Notes: generated by a model from the letters alone, not told the origin. Positions 1 through 12,853 are shown, numbered from the stretch's first letter. The stretch: DNA of 33,939 nucleotides from Perkinsus olseni (GCA_013115125.1 JABANN010000379.1:1-33939), one strand, 5' to 3'. Numbers and translations are program-made.

Positions 1-73
1 GGGTTATACTAATTTGCTCTGGGCTTTATTAAATTGCTCTGGGGTTTTACTAAGTAGGTCTGGAAATGGTGTA
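1..73. mobile_element. Right end of a putative DNA transposon: 20-21 bp subterminal tandem repeats, terminus ...GGAAATGGTG, flanking TA
   Basis: Three units GGGTTATACTAATTTGCTCT / GGGCTTTATTAAATTGCTCT / GGGGTTTTACTAAGTAGGTCT then GGAAATGGTG|TA. The same structure recurs inverted at 8076-8142 and similarity ends at or within a base or two of the TA. Confidence 0.6.
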
Positions 74-1020
74 CAACTTGGAAAGTTACTACCGAGATGA
101 AAAACTACAAACATGCAGCGCTTCGCTCCGCTGTTACATGGCCGCTGATGGATACCGGAACCGAACTCGCTGGTCTGGCCGTGTGGCGATGCTCTGAACT
201 AGCGGATGGTCATGGACATCTTCAAGGCTGCAACTATTGACGGATAAAACGACAGCTGCCGGGATCGAACCTGCGCGAGACGATGAACGGTAAATTACAC
301 CCATGGTGATGACGCGTAAAAAGTGGTTATCAGTGTGAAAGTAGCATAAAATCGACAACTATTTATGTGGCACAAGATGAGGACAGCGCACACAACGGGA
401 GTCGTGTTCAATCCACAAAGGCGTATCTTAGGTTGAACAGTGCTAATAACAAAATGTAACACCAACCTTCGCTCCGCTTACCATCATCAATTTCCACAAC
501 CCTTGCTGCGGCCCTTTCGAGCCGGCAAGTTAGATAAATACGATAGTCACCAACGATCTTGTCGTCCAGAAAGATACTCAAGCCATCAAAGAATCCTTTT
601 TTCCGTGATGAGCATGCTTCGACCTCTACGTCACCTCTGGACGGCTCCGCGTCGACTTTCGCCTTGTCGTCTGAACAAAAACAGCCGTACAGTGAGATAC
701 TTTTTTCGACGGAAAAAATTAAATTTCACTTCAAACGCAGAATAATTGCGAAGGAAGAAATCCAACATCGGCCATCTTCACATCGGATTTTGCATGAAGC
801 GTCGAGAAACTGAGCATATTGGTGAACCTGGGCTCTGACGGAAAGCGGCGAATATGTTGTCTTTCGTACGCGAAAGAAAACTTCTCTGAGTACCAGCAGA
901 AGCCTAAAGGGATCCCACAGGAACTGAGAACGGCGGTGGACCGATAGAACGGACTACAGCGGCCACGACAGTTTAGAAGATTCCCTCCGAGATCCTACAT
1001 CTAACCTTCTCACTGTTCAG

Positions 1021-1874
1021 GCACTTCATTCGGCTCCTGAGGGGCTTGAAGAACTCGTCAAGACGACTTTGCCGTTTGCCGCTCATGTCGAATTGAAGCA
1101 GGGAATCTTAGGTTGACCCTTGCGGAAAACAAAATTACCAACAATGGAAGCGACGAGCCCAATGCAGTGCAGTTGGAAACGGAGCGCGAACAAGCGCCCG
1201 GGATCACAAAAACGAACTTTTCGTATCTTTAAACTCGACCGTCTGTGATATCCTAGCAAAAGATACTCTTTCTTTGCCGAGCATGAGGGACACCAAGTAA
1301 TCTTGATAGACAAACTTGACTGATGCTCTCCCGCAAATTGAAAAATTCCCCCGTCCTTCGAAAACGTATTTAAATCTTCCCCAAAAATAATATCAAACTA
1401 AAGACGATCCAATCACAACTTAAACGATTCGTAAGTCGAATCCAACCCACCCTGCCTGTAAGATTAGGTAACTCAACAAGAATCGATGCTTCTCGAGTTC
1501 TTACCTCACTACTAAAATCCAGATGTCACTGGACTGGCAAGGGAGGCCGTCACCATATCGACACTGGGGCAGCACGATCGATTGTGTAAAACACTTCAGG
1601 AAACGGCAAATCCATTCAAAATTGATTTTCCAACTGAGTTGTGAAGTTTATTTAACTTCTGGGGGCTGGGTCGACTCAATAGGTAGTGATGGTACACTAA
1701 GATTAGCATGTTCCCTCCCTAGTTATACTTCTGCCTGTTCGTAAAGAGTTGGTATGGACGCGTCTGCTCCCCTCTTCCCCTGCTGAATTGGATACTAGAG
1801 GGCGAAACTCGGGTGCGGTTATCAATCGGCTAAGGGATCAGATGCACAAAAAACGCATTTCCATATATCTTTAA
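1021..1874 (+). CDS. 3' exons of a hypothetical spliced protein (5' end unresolved, possibly from ~550)
   Basis: Phase-consistent GT-AG chain 1021-1111, 1168-1222, 1257-1296, 1404-1467, 1523-1585, 1723-1874(TAA): ALHSAPEGLEELVKTTLPF...QHDRLFILLPVRKELVWTRLL...KKRISIYL*. No recognisable family. Confidence 0.55.
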
Positions 1875-2190
1875 TACTCAGTCCCGCTGCGTACGAGAGA
1901 CACATTCTGCATTTTCCGTAAATTTTTCGCGGACCGTAAAAAATCATGAAAAATTATACTACGGTAAGGAAAGGTAGGATAAGGAAGGTTTCACTTCGGT
2001 TAGACTTCCCACGGCTACTCTCGAAATTTATCCAAAGGCTCCGGTAAAAAATTCCCAAAACTGCATCGACAGTAAGCTTAAACCACTGCGCGCGTATTTT
2101 GCATGACCGTGAACTCAACAATACCGCAGGAAGGACGGTAATCAAATGATGAATGACAACTGACTTTACATGAAAATCAAACTCGACCCA

Positions 2191-4728
2191 TCAAGTTCGT
2201 TTTTCCGGGAGTGGATCGAAATCAAACTCATCCACTGAAGCGTCCCAAGCGGACACGGTCTGCTGTTCGGCGATATCTTCTTTAGTGTCATCCAGCAGGG
2301 ACTGCACTGTCTCGTGGGCAACTTTGGGGTCGACTCTGGACCTATACAGAAAAAAAAGATACCATTGAAACTATCCCAGTGAGATCAAAAGAGATTTGTA
2401 GTACATTGTTAAGAAAAAGAGTAACAGAAAAAATTGGGAAAAAACGAAAAAATATGTTATTTCCGCGAACACCAATTAGAGCTCCTGCAACACACATCAT
2501 AAGACATCCAGGCTGTCCGCTAAACAATTTTACATACCACATTTCCCACAACTCTCAAATTCACAAACATACATTGATCACGCCCTACACGATGGCGAAT
2601 TTATCCGATTCTAGTACCGGTTGAGTCGGACTGTGTGTGAGTGTAACGCGATTATAGTATCGTGATCTTGCTGTCTTGCGATGTCTCTATATTGCGTCGT
2701 ATAATCCACTGTCAGCTATGTTGTCTCTCTAGCGCTAGATATTATTGATATTACTACTTTTAATTGTAAGCTTTCGAGACTGAGTAACATCCACTTCAAA
2801 CAGTACGGTTATCTATGTCAAACTCAAACCAGAGCAGTGTTCTCACTGGGCAGACTACTAACACTGTGAACCCAATTTTAGTCGGCTGCATGCCGGCGAC
2901 TATCTGGCGCGCTACCCTCTCGCTGACCCAATGACATCTATCTAACACTACTTTGTCTACATCAACAGCTACGTGCTACGGTGTCACCCCCCTCAGTACA
3001 TGCTACAGTAGTGACACGAGAATGAGGCTGTGTGATTGGAACTAACTAGAATGATGCGAAGACAGACAGAAAAAAATGAAAATTCGCGATAAAAATCTGT
3101 GACACCCACAAAATGTGAATCGAAAAAACGGTCCCGGAAAAAGAATTTCTCGTTCTCCTTACCGGTCATGGTCCGCAGATCTAAGAGTTATGGGTTGTTC
3201 ATAGTCAACCTCGATGCCATCGAAAAGGTCTTCTTCCGGAGCCTTCGCTTTCTCACGGCACGCTAGCGGCAAAATCTCCTCCTCCCTGGGAACAAGAACG
3301 CGCTCGAAAAAATTTCCATTCATTCCGCAGTCCTAGATGGTCGAATCGTTGTCATCCAAGCCTTGAACAAACCAATAGCCTGGGCTGTCCCCAACATATG
3401 AGTATTTACCTACCACATTTCCCCCGATAACGCCCGAGCCACAATGACTCTATCAACCACGAAAAATAGCGAGTACAAAAATTACAGAGTCTCTCGAAAA
3501 ATCGTCAGGATTTTACTCAACCGATTCGCCCTGCGACCAACAGCAAGAACTCACTCTTCCCGTCGACTCCCTCTCAACGCTGGCTTTCCCACCTTCGACG
3601 CGCTCGAGCCTAAGATACCAATTGGTATTTCAAAACAAACCATTTTATTTTTCTAAAATGCACCTGACTCGTGAATATCAACGACGTCTAAATTTCCGAA
3701 ATGCTATTTTTTGAAGCGACGACTATCGCCGTGAATTAGAAGATCATCAAACACAACCGATGTCATCAGAATCTGTAAACTCCAGCGGGGCCGAACAAAC
3801 CCGCTGACAGTGTTAAAGAAATCACCTCCATTAATCCGACTTTCACCATGCGCATCATCTCCTTCCTCCCATCCACAATCCCTGACGATGTTTCGGTCGC
3901 GGTTAGGAGTTACTGCGTCTAAACGAGAATACAACAATCTCCGCACTGACGACGTAATAATTATTTCATGATACTCTTTATCGGTAATAATTTGACCCCA
4001 AGGATGAATTTTGTACCAAGCTGAGGGCTGCAAAGCATATCATGGGCTTCGATTCATCGCCTTTCACTGTCTGAGGTTTACATTTCATCAGTGAGCTTGC
4101 GGTATTCTACATACTGTTTCATCTGGGCGCGCGCTAAAAATCTAATCGATTTTCACTTCAATTTTTCCCTGATTTCCCGTGAAAATTCCTCAGCGAAAAG
4201 TTAATAACTTTTCGGATTCCCATTTCTCTTTAATTACAAAAGATGTTGTCACAATCTAGTTTCTGTTTGCATGTGTCTTGCGTAAGAAAATCGCCGTAAC
4301 CATAATTTTATGAAAATGTGGTACGTATCTCTGCTCGACCCGCCGTCACTACCACTCCTCAGCCCTTCCTCCTCCTGATCCTCAGGCAACGGCGGCTTCC
4401 TTCCCTGGAGGAAGTCCAAACAGCGCCAGAACGCTTTGGGATCCGTCCACGAGGGTAACTCCCATCGCGAGGACGACGAGGATGACATTCTCCGAGTAGA
4501 AACGAAATTAAACACGTCTGATGCGGCAGATTTTACCGTATGTTCCACGCGAACGAAACCAGCATGAACAAAGGACCGCTCATTCTTTTTCAGCTCATCA
4601 ACCAGGTCGAGCTGCCGAGCGAGCAAACAGCCACCGCAAGCAGTACAGATCTGTGGATGGTATGCTTCCTTACTATTGCGTTGCACAAGGGAGAGGCTCA
4701 GGGCCGCTAAGAGGATGCTTTCCTCCAT
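2191..4728 (-). CDS. Multi-exon BTB/POZ-like protein, possibly partly decayed
   Basis: ORF 4249-4728 has BTB-like motifs (ERSFVHAGF...SAASDVF...WELPSWTDPKAFWRCLDFLQG). 3' exons 3555-3609, 3333-3409, 3163-3285 and 2191-2341(TGA) join in frame, one junction needing a GA donor. Middle exons at 3665-3920 could not be joined without a stop, and linkage of the two halves is inferred. Confidence 0.45.
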
Positions 4729-6164
4729 AATAGGATATTAGTTATTAGTGACTGCGGGAATCTCGGGCATTAGTATGCCGGGTGAGGACGCACACCGGAG
4801 GACTCACGGACGAGCACACAAAAAGAAGTGCTCCTGGCTGTCAAGAGCTGTCGTGAGCTACAATGTAGAAGATTCACCACCGACCAGAAAACAGGATGTT
4901 AATGATATGCTAGTTCGGGGAGGTTCACTAAACGAATTCTGAAAGTAAGAAGATTTTACGTGTAAAAATCAATTCCAGAATCGATGACCGCGCGCCACGA
5001 AATTATCAGACGCAGCGACCAACGATCTCACAAAAGAGTTACACATTTTCGACCGCTCCCAAATTCCGTCATGAATCCTTCTCGAATCGATCGACGTCGT
5101 TCTACTTCTACTCTCCAACCTCATACTCAAGTGAATAAGACCACGGAATTCGCATTCTCCCCGAGAAAAACCTTTTTCCGTTGTTCCGTATGGCAACCGT
5201 CCCTAGAATGCATTCGAACCAGCCGGGCAGCTGCCACCTATCGAGAATCCGAGAAACAAGATCCAGTACCTCAGCCCGATTGATTTGACACTTAACCAAA
5301 AGCCCAAGTAATTCCCAAAGATACTTCCTCATTATTGGAACAGTGTACCCTTGGCGATGCTGGACTGCGATGGTGATTTACTGGACAATCTTTCTTGCTT
5401 ATGAAACGGTTTTTGAAGAGGTAGCAGTAGCGGTTCGACAGAAACCCCTACTCGGCAGTTTCGACCTCCGCAACTACTTCGACGGGCAGGGAAGACCCTC
5501 TGAAAGGCAAAACACAAGTACAGTGCTCCAAATTAACTTGCAATATAGTCGAAAAATTTAATTTCGCGTCAACCACTGAGAGTTTGAACCTGACTTATTG
5601 ACACACTATTCGTTACGACCATATGAACCGTTTCACTGGTATCACTGTGACTCTATTCGTTTTCGCCGGTACGTGTAAAATTTAATTGCTGCTAAGCCCG
5701 CGTCAAAGTGAGGATGTGAAACGGTAGGGTAGCCTAGCGGCGAGCGCAAGCCGCCGTAAAGCTCGGAGGCGCTCAAATAAGACGATACGTCGGAGTGCGA
5801 GTCCCTACATTCCCGATTTATTTCCAGCACATGATTTTCTAAAGGATCCTACCTCTTCCGAAATTTTCCAATTTTCCGTCGTACAATCACAGGAACCATC
5901 ATTAGATTCCGTTCGTATTTTATAAAATTCTCGAATATGGGCAGGATCCTCAAAGATACGTGAGCGCACGCCGAATGATTTGCCTTCAATCTTGCACACC
6001 GTGCCGTATCGGCACTGCCGATCAAAGACCGTAGCAGACCTACCGGACCCGTAGCGAACTGTGGAAGAAGAAACTGTTTTAATTTTCCAAATTTCAGCAA
6101 GCACCGAATTCAAGTCCAATTGCAACCACCGGTCAAAACGACGCTCCTGAGCATCCTCAATTCA

Positions 6165-9100
6165 CTACGATTTGTTCGTGGTCGAGCCAGCAGTAGTGGT
6201 CGTAGTATCCTCATCTGCTTCTACTTCAACCTCCTCCACTAACACTGCTTTGCCCGTGGCCCTGATCAAGAGAATTACCAAAAATCTCTTCAATCATCAT
6301 CGTTCTTACTTCTCTCCAGCCTGAATATTTTCATCGCCCGTACGAGCCTTCTTGGCAGGGGGTGCTCCTTCCGTCTCTTCCTGTTCCACCTGCTCGTCAT
6401 TCTCCTCAACATCTGCCTGCGTTGAATTCGGCAAGTGCTCCACAGAAGGGTCCTGCTCGCGTTCCTCGAATAAACGCTTCCGCCGGGATCGAACCTGGGT
6501 CGTTCCATCATCAAACAGCAACACTAACGCTCTGCCCACCTCGGTGTCCAAGGCTTGGAAGAGCGAGGTTCTGAACATCCCTTTAGTGGTTTCATAGAAA
6601 GTCGGCATGGCCAAGCCTGAGCGCAAACACGATCGATTCACTACTCTCGCATCCCCCTTCTTTCACCTTCATGGGCCTTTTCATATTCGTAAGCTTGCAA
6701 AACCATTTCAAACTTATCAATATCTTTGGCATAAATGGCCTGACAAAAATAAAAAACTCCCTCCGAGTTTCGAACCCACGGCCCTCCGCTGAATAATCAA
6801 CCCCCCTAACCGCGCCACTATTCGAACAGTGAACCTCCTCCTACCTCCTGCGTCACGCCAGCTTCAAACTCGTTCCATAAATCTTCAATCTCCTGTGCAG
6901 TACCGCGACTCCCAGGATCCTCGCGCAAGGAAGACAACATCCGCTTCAAACCCTGACCACACGCATGTATACCAAAACCGACTCAACGATCGATCGGTGG
7001 ACGACTCGAGCCATTCACACCGCCATTCCATAGCAATAAAAACACTCGACAACTCAGCACCCGATTTTTCCCAAAATGGAGTTTCAACCGCGATATGAAA
7101 AACACTAGCGAAAAACACATTTCACTTTGACACTTTCATTCACATTTGCCCGGTGACAAACGCGTAAAACACGTAGGGCGTTTTTTCGCGAAATGCTCTT
7201 CACGGCCATGTGTATTTCGCGAAGCGATTTGACTTCATTTCACATTTTCGCGATTTTCGCGTTTTTCAGTTTGTGAAAAACGCCACTTCACGTATTACGG
7301 GTGAAACTCCAATTTTTGTCCATCGCCCTTCCACCGGCTAAGTCAGACTTCCAACCGCTATGCTCGCTTCCCTCAAGATGCTATCCAGAAAAAAGATGCT
7401 GAGCCGCATGCGCCAGGCACACTATGCCTTCACTCTGCACGTACGCGCGCAGTGCGTGCCGCGCACGGTAGGGTAGCCTGTGCAATAATTGATTGGTTGT
7501 CACGGCCACAACGTGACGTCCTGACCACTAGACGATAGCGACGCGCAAGACCGTTCTGATGATACATGGAATACGATACCGCTCAGAGAAAAGATTTCTT
7601 CCGATCACCAAAAACCTCGCAATTGCCTTTTCAACCAAGATCGATCACCACGTGTAAGCTTGTAGTCCAACGACGGTGATACCAGCTCAGTTCCAATCAC
7701 ACCGTGCCGTAACTTCCTTGCACTTCCCATTTCTCCTGGACTTCATGCACGATTATCACATGGTTCATCAAAAGGCTTCCCTACGGGACCCAGCTCAGAA
7801 AATTTTCTTCCGGTCACGAGCAACTTTCCATTGGCCGACCAACTTCAGACTTCATTCATCGATCTCCCCCCGCCCCCCCCAGATCTCCCTCCAGTTCACC
7901 TCCCGTTCAAGCTGATGCTTCTCCTCTTTACTAACACCACAAAACGGTGTGATGTCCCCGGCAACGGCCTCGGCCAGATCATGAACCTGTCCACAAGGCA
8001 CACTAGTATAGAGACGGTCTTCCAACGAGGTTGAACCAGGCCCCAAACAGAATAAAAGATACTACGCTGTTTTTCTACACCATTTCCAGACCTACTTAGT
8101 GAAACCCCAAACCAAATTAGTAAAACCCCCGAGCAATTTAGTCGGCACGCGAGAACGGCTTTCGGATCGTCCGGTACGATTCGCCCCTCCTCCCGGCCCG
8201 GGGGCCCCGGCCATGAGTTGCGGGAGAAGCGGTAGAACGAAGGCTAAACGAAGGCAAAGTACCTCCTGCCGTGCTGTGAGAAGTTGCTTCAAAAAGGGGT
8301 TGAAGCGGTTACTATGCAACTTTGTATACGATGCTTCAATAACGCCCAAACACTGCACGGTCGTTGCTCAGCAGTCTTCGAATGGGCATCCAGACGCCGC
8401 AAGAATTCCTCGAAACCGAATTATACCAAAATTTCATCACAAATGTCGCAATATATACCCACGCAGTCACCAAGGACAAGACAATGATTCAGCCGTATAC
8501 CGTTCAAAGAGGGTCAGATGCCTTCAACAGCATTGAAAGACTTTGCCGCAGAACCGAAAAATTCCGAAACTTTCGGAAATTCCGGCTGAGTTACTCCGGC
8601 ATGAAAATTTTCACTTGAGAACGCCGACTTCTGAATTCAATGCTACCGCCAGTTACACCTCTTTCCTTCGCCCGTGGCTTCCGACTTTCTCAATCCATTT
8701 CAACGGCAAATTTCACAATTTTGCCTTTTTACTTTTTCCAGTCTTCTCTGTCCCTTCCCAAATGCAACAGATTTTTTTCTTACCCTTAACCCGAAAATCT
8801 TCATTTTCGATCTTTTCCCATGCTCCCTACAGGTCTTACCTCGCGAGAGACTGTATAACGACAATAGAGGAAACGGAGCCTTTTTCCAGTCGAAAATTCG
8901 CAATAGATTTTCCCAAAATTTTCCAATTTTACCACTGCTTCCCGATAGATTCCTCACCACCCGATACTACCAAAGCCATCCTTATCGTCCTTTGCCGGTC
9001 GAAGTCTTTCTTACCCGCAGGAGTGAGCATGGCCATGACCGCGCACCGGTGCATGTGATCGCAATCGGACTCGGGATCGGGGACGCCGCTACGGACCCAA

Positions 9101-9500
9101 CCAGTTCGTCTGAAACAGAAAATTTTCTACTGGGAAAATGAAGAACAACGAAAAAAAGAGACATAAAGGATGAAAGAATACATTACTGAAATAGGAAACA
9201 TTTCCTGCTGGCAAACGTATGAGCGTACGAAAGAATTTCTAAACACGGTATTGAATAAAACGCTGGAACCCTGCAACCCGGATTGGGAAGGCCAGATCCT
9301 GAGCGACCTCTCCTTATGCCTCAAACCACGAGGCCCAAGCACGCACCGCCTGAATCTCATCAACCCGCTTACCGCAAGGTCTTCAATTGCCCTAGAAAGT
9401 GCATGAAGTCCACGATGCCCTCAGCGTTGATCGCGCTTTCGGAGGCTGCAGATGAAGAGGAAGAAGTTGGACGAGAGAAGCGGGAAGTGATGGCCCCCAT
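6165..9500 (-). CDS. HDDC2: HD-domain 5'-deoxynucleotidase (HDDC2/YGK1/YfbR-like), 297 aa, 8 exons
   Basis: Exons 9373-9500, 8971-9109, 7900-7986, 6845-6952, 6667-6739, 6540-6616, 6310-6494, 6165-6261, all GT-AG and in frame (894 nt). Motifs [70 protein letters not shown]. Confidence 0.95.
6752..6825 (-). repeat. tRNA-derived (SINE-like) element in HDDC2 intron 4
   Basis: A-box-like TGGCGCGGTTAGG, B-box GGTTCGAAAC, then a T-run. No intact cloverleaf. 20/22 nt match to 23413-23434. Confidence 0.45.
7403..7584. repeat. 182-bp direct repeat, copy in HDDC2 intron 3 (other copy 14244-14425)
   Basis: 181/182 identical at an offset of 6841 bp; contains a truncated tRNA-His. Confidence 0.97.
7495..7542 (-). 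pseudogene. Truncated tRNA-His(GTG), 5' 48 nt only
   Basis: Matches 33489-33536 (one mismatch at position 32). Lacks the T-arm/B-box and the 3' acceptor strand. Confidence 0.92.
8076..8142. mobile_element. Left end of the same putative DNA transposon family, in HDDC2 intron 2
   Basis: TA|CACCATTTCCAGACCTACTTAGT followed by ~21-bp subterminal repeats; reverse complement of 1-73. No partner end seen downstream. Confidence 0.6.
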
Positions 9501-10182
9501 AGTGAAGCAAAGTCCTGAGGGAAAAGCGGCTGCCTAAAAGCCTGACACTCACTTTGAAAAATGATATCGGCTTGATATTGGGTAAATGCAAGTGAGAGCA
9601 AGAAAGCAAGATTTTTGTTTGCCTGACGTGCTTCCAATTACTTCAAATCCGGCCATTAGAATTCGTTGTGAATTATCCAAAGTTTTTCGCAGATCAATAG
9701 AGGTGCTCAATAGACCTATCTTGAAGAGCCTTCTCCAGTTTCAATTTTACGTGTGAAAGACGGGCCTGAAAGTCACGGGACGCTCAAAGAGAATCTTGGA
9801 TATAACCGTGACTGGTTTTCAAGCGTACAGCGGATTAGGTGCTTGATAGAGGGTCTATCCTATTTTAGGAACTCTCGCAGGTTCTAATTTTACTATCCGG
9901 AGAGCTCGGGACTCGCGGGAAGTTTGTCAAACGCCTGGGATATGGCCAAGTCTGAGTTTGCAGTGAAGGGAGTGTTCTACAGGTTGCCTCTCAGGAGCGC
10001 CCGATGGTTTTAATTTAACCCGTGAAAGTCGGTATTGCTACACCAGAGAGGTCTGCCTTGTTTCACGCTGGGTTCATGTGGAATGTTGACGAAGTTCGGG
10101 AAATGTGGTATGGATGATTCTTTTCGGATGGCATCATACGCGTACGATGGTATGAACCGATCCCTCAGCTTCTTCGCCAAAG

Positions 10183-12411
10183 ATGCCCTTCAAACCCTCG
10201 TCCACTCGGTTGCACAAAGACAAGCACAATCAGCAGAAGGGGTTGGTCATCAACTTTGATGTGAAATCAAGGGTAGTGTCACTGGGATGGCCGATGATAG
10301 AAAATTGTTCCTACTCTATGCTCCATGATTTCGGAATGTTATGGTATCGAAGTCTCGTAATAATTGGATTCTATTTTTTCATACCACTGCATTCGAGAAT
10401 CTTAATTTATTGGCCTCAGTACTGTTATTGTCAACGCGGCTTGGGGGGCGTTCTCCCTTTTGGGAATAAAAAATCCTTCAGTCTTGAGTTAGTGTCATCT
10501 TTTCATTCAGTATCGCTCTCGGCCGAGCCACAGAAATTCTGTGGCTCGGCCGAGATCTTCCCGAGAGCTGTAAGGTTCTGTGACAGAATCTTCCTATTGT
10601 CCATACTAACCCTTACGCCATTTTGGTGGCCCTTCCCTCAAATTTTGTTAACTGTTGTTATGGCCGCGTCAAGAATATCACAACCGCCAACATTTAAAAT
10701 ATTTTTTCTTATTTTTGAGGAGCATGTGGTACTTTTCAGTCGACTTACTTGAGAGGGTTCCAAAAGCGAAAACAACAGCGCCGTGAGAAAGCAGAGGAAA
10801 AGCAGAAGAAAAAGGCGGCGGAAGAGAGGGTGGCCGAACGCAAAGAAATGCGTGATGAGGTAGTAGTCGGGTTGTTGGGAATGAAGATATCAAGTTCTGA
10901 TTCCTCGTTGGTGTTATTTTTTCCCGGAAAACTTTTAACTTTTTGCCGGGAATTTTCTTGTGGTAGTTGACCAATGTGACGTCCAGAGAAGAACAACTCA
11001 GGTTGTTCCGCGTTTCCTTTAGCACACTCGTGTGACCCGTATTATTCGTCAGGCGAGTAAAATTTCATTTCCACTCGAAAAGATGTGAATAGGAAATATT
11101 ATTTTTGCAGGTTCACAACCGATGGGCTCGCGCCGTGAAGGATATGGCCGAGGCCTTCGGAGACTCAGAGGAGTCCGAACTTCTCCATCTTCCTGCGCAA
11201 GAGAAGAGCGACGGGAAGACCGCAGCGGGAGAGTCTGAGGAGCCGACGGCTGAAGAAACTGTCTTTGAGAATGAGGGTGATGGTGATCGATTTGGTGGTA
11301 ATGAGAAACCTGGGTTGGTGTTTCGAGTTTTCGAAACTTACGGTACGAGCGGTAACTTACGGTTTCGATACGAGCTGTGTTGAATCGGCGCACTAGGCTG
11401 AGTGTAATCCGATAAACGCGGGGAAGGGAAGGACTCTCAGTCCCGAGTGAGTGACCTGAGTCAGCGTGGGCGAAAGTACAGCCTGAGGGTTCTCGATCCT
11501 ACCGCCACTCTGCTTTCACGTGTGCTGGTTGTAGTACGATCGAGGCTTAGTGGTTTAATAGGCAGATCGATCGAGTATTGGAGAATTTAATCGATCGTAA
11601 ACGGTTGAGTGATAGATCAATAAAGCTTAGGGATAGACGAAGCTACACTGAGTTGCGTGCGCGCCCGCGAGATGACCATGCTGTGCCATTGAGGCGAGGA
11701 AGCGTCGGAAACGGAGCAAGCGTCGTCAGGTGTTTTCAGTCTCGGACCGTCTGAATCTGTTGTAGATTTGCATTTGCTGAGGATTGAATTCCCGATTGCG
11801 ATTTTTCTTTTGCGTTCGAACGGGAAATCATTTTCATGTCGTAGGAGAAAGTGAGTAGTGATGGAGTTTCCCGCATACCTGGAATGAGAGACGCTTTGAA
11901 CTTTCTCGCTGGTCTTCGGAGCTTCCTGTGTGATTGAGAATGGACTCGTCGGGTGTGGCTAACGAGGCGGCTTGCAATCGTCAGTCGAGAAGCCGGCTTC
12001 GCTCCGCCGTTGATTTATGCCGGTTTGTTAGGTGTGATGGTTACAACATCCACGTCGCTTTTTGATGATGATGCTGATGCTGTTGATGCTCGTATTGCCG
12101 AGTTGAGGCAGGAGGTGGCTAAGGATGGTCAGGAAAATGTGCAACAGCAGAAGAAGATCATTCCGAAGTAGTACCGTGAAGATTGGTCTAGCGGGAGGGC
12201 AGGTGGTTGCACATGGTTAGGCCGCGGGTTCTAATCTCAGCGACATCGTGAATTCTGTGTTTCGGAGAAAAAATCGATTTTGTTGCTCTTCAGACGTAAA
12301 ACTGGCGCGGGCAAAAAGTTTGGTACGAGCAAGAGGATCGACAAGTCCCTCGGAAAAAAGAAAACTGTACATAAGAAAGGCGTCAAAGCGAAGAGCAAAA
12401 AAAAGCATTAA
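10183..12411 (+). CDS. NOL12: Nucleolar protein 12 / Rrp17 (Nop25 family), 216 aa, 5 exons
   Basis: Exons 10183-10272, 10740-10859, 11111-11297, 12032-12167, 12294-12411(TAA), all GT-AG and in frame. Signature LVINFDVKSRSTYLRGFQKRKQQRREKA, acidic middle, VMVTT and Lys-rich tail. Confidence 0.9.
10517..10555. repeat. Perfect 39-bp palindrome (19-bp arms, 1-nt centre) in NOL12 intron 1
   Basis: TCTCGGCCGAGCCACAGAA-A-TTCTGTGGCTCGGCCGAGA. Confidence 0.97.
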
Positions 12412-12853
12412 CGTCCACATTAAGTTTACTACGTTTCACGTCACTTGGCCATGATTCTGTCGGGTTTTTCCAGTCACTTGGGTATCTTGCGGACTCTTGC
12501 ATTTCCTCAAACGTCCGATGTTGGTGGGAAAAGTATGGAGCTCAAAGCCTACCGTCTGAATACGACGTGGCGATCTCGCAGGGAACGCGGAAGATACGAC
12601 AGAGAGCATGTTGGTAGGCGTCGTGTTAAATCGGCTGGGAGACCGCGTCTCGGACAGCAGGGGAAGAAGCAAGCCCCGGTATCTATGGAGACTGAGGAGC
12701 AAGGAACAATAGTCGTGTGATGAGACAGAGAACAATCTCGTTTTAATGCGGATCTCTATGGGCCGTGGGTGATGACTACTAGTGCTTCAGCTGGCGCAGC
12801 GAGTTGCCGTCTCCGGTGGAAAATGTTGGTCCATTTCTGGAGCTCCTCGAATC

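Noticed and set aside
1-61. Telomeric repeat or CRISPR array
   Set aside because: The period is 20-21 bp with no unique spacers, and an inverted copy occurs internally at 8076-8142.
8099-9141. Plus-strand ORFs of 145-171 aa
   Set aside because: Antisense to HDDC2 intron 2/exon 2, with no recognisable domain.
10183-10752. 189-aa ORF as a membrane protein
   Set aside because: Only the first 30 codons are NOL12 exon 1; the rest is read-through into intron 1.
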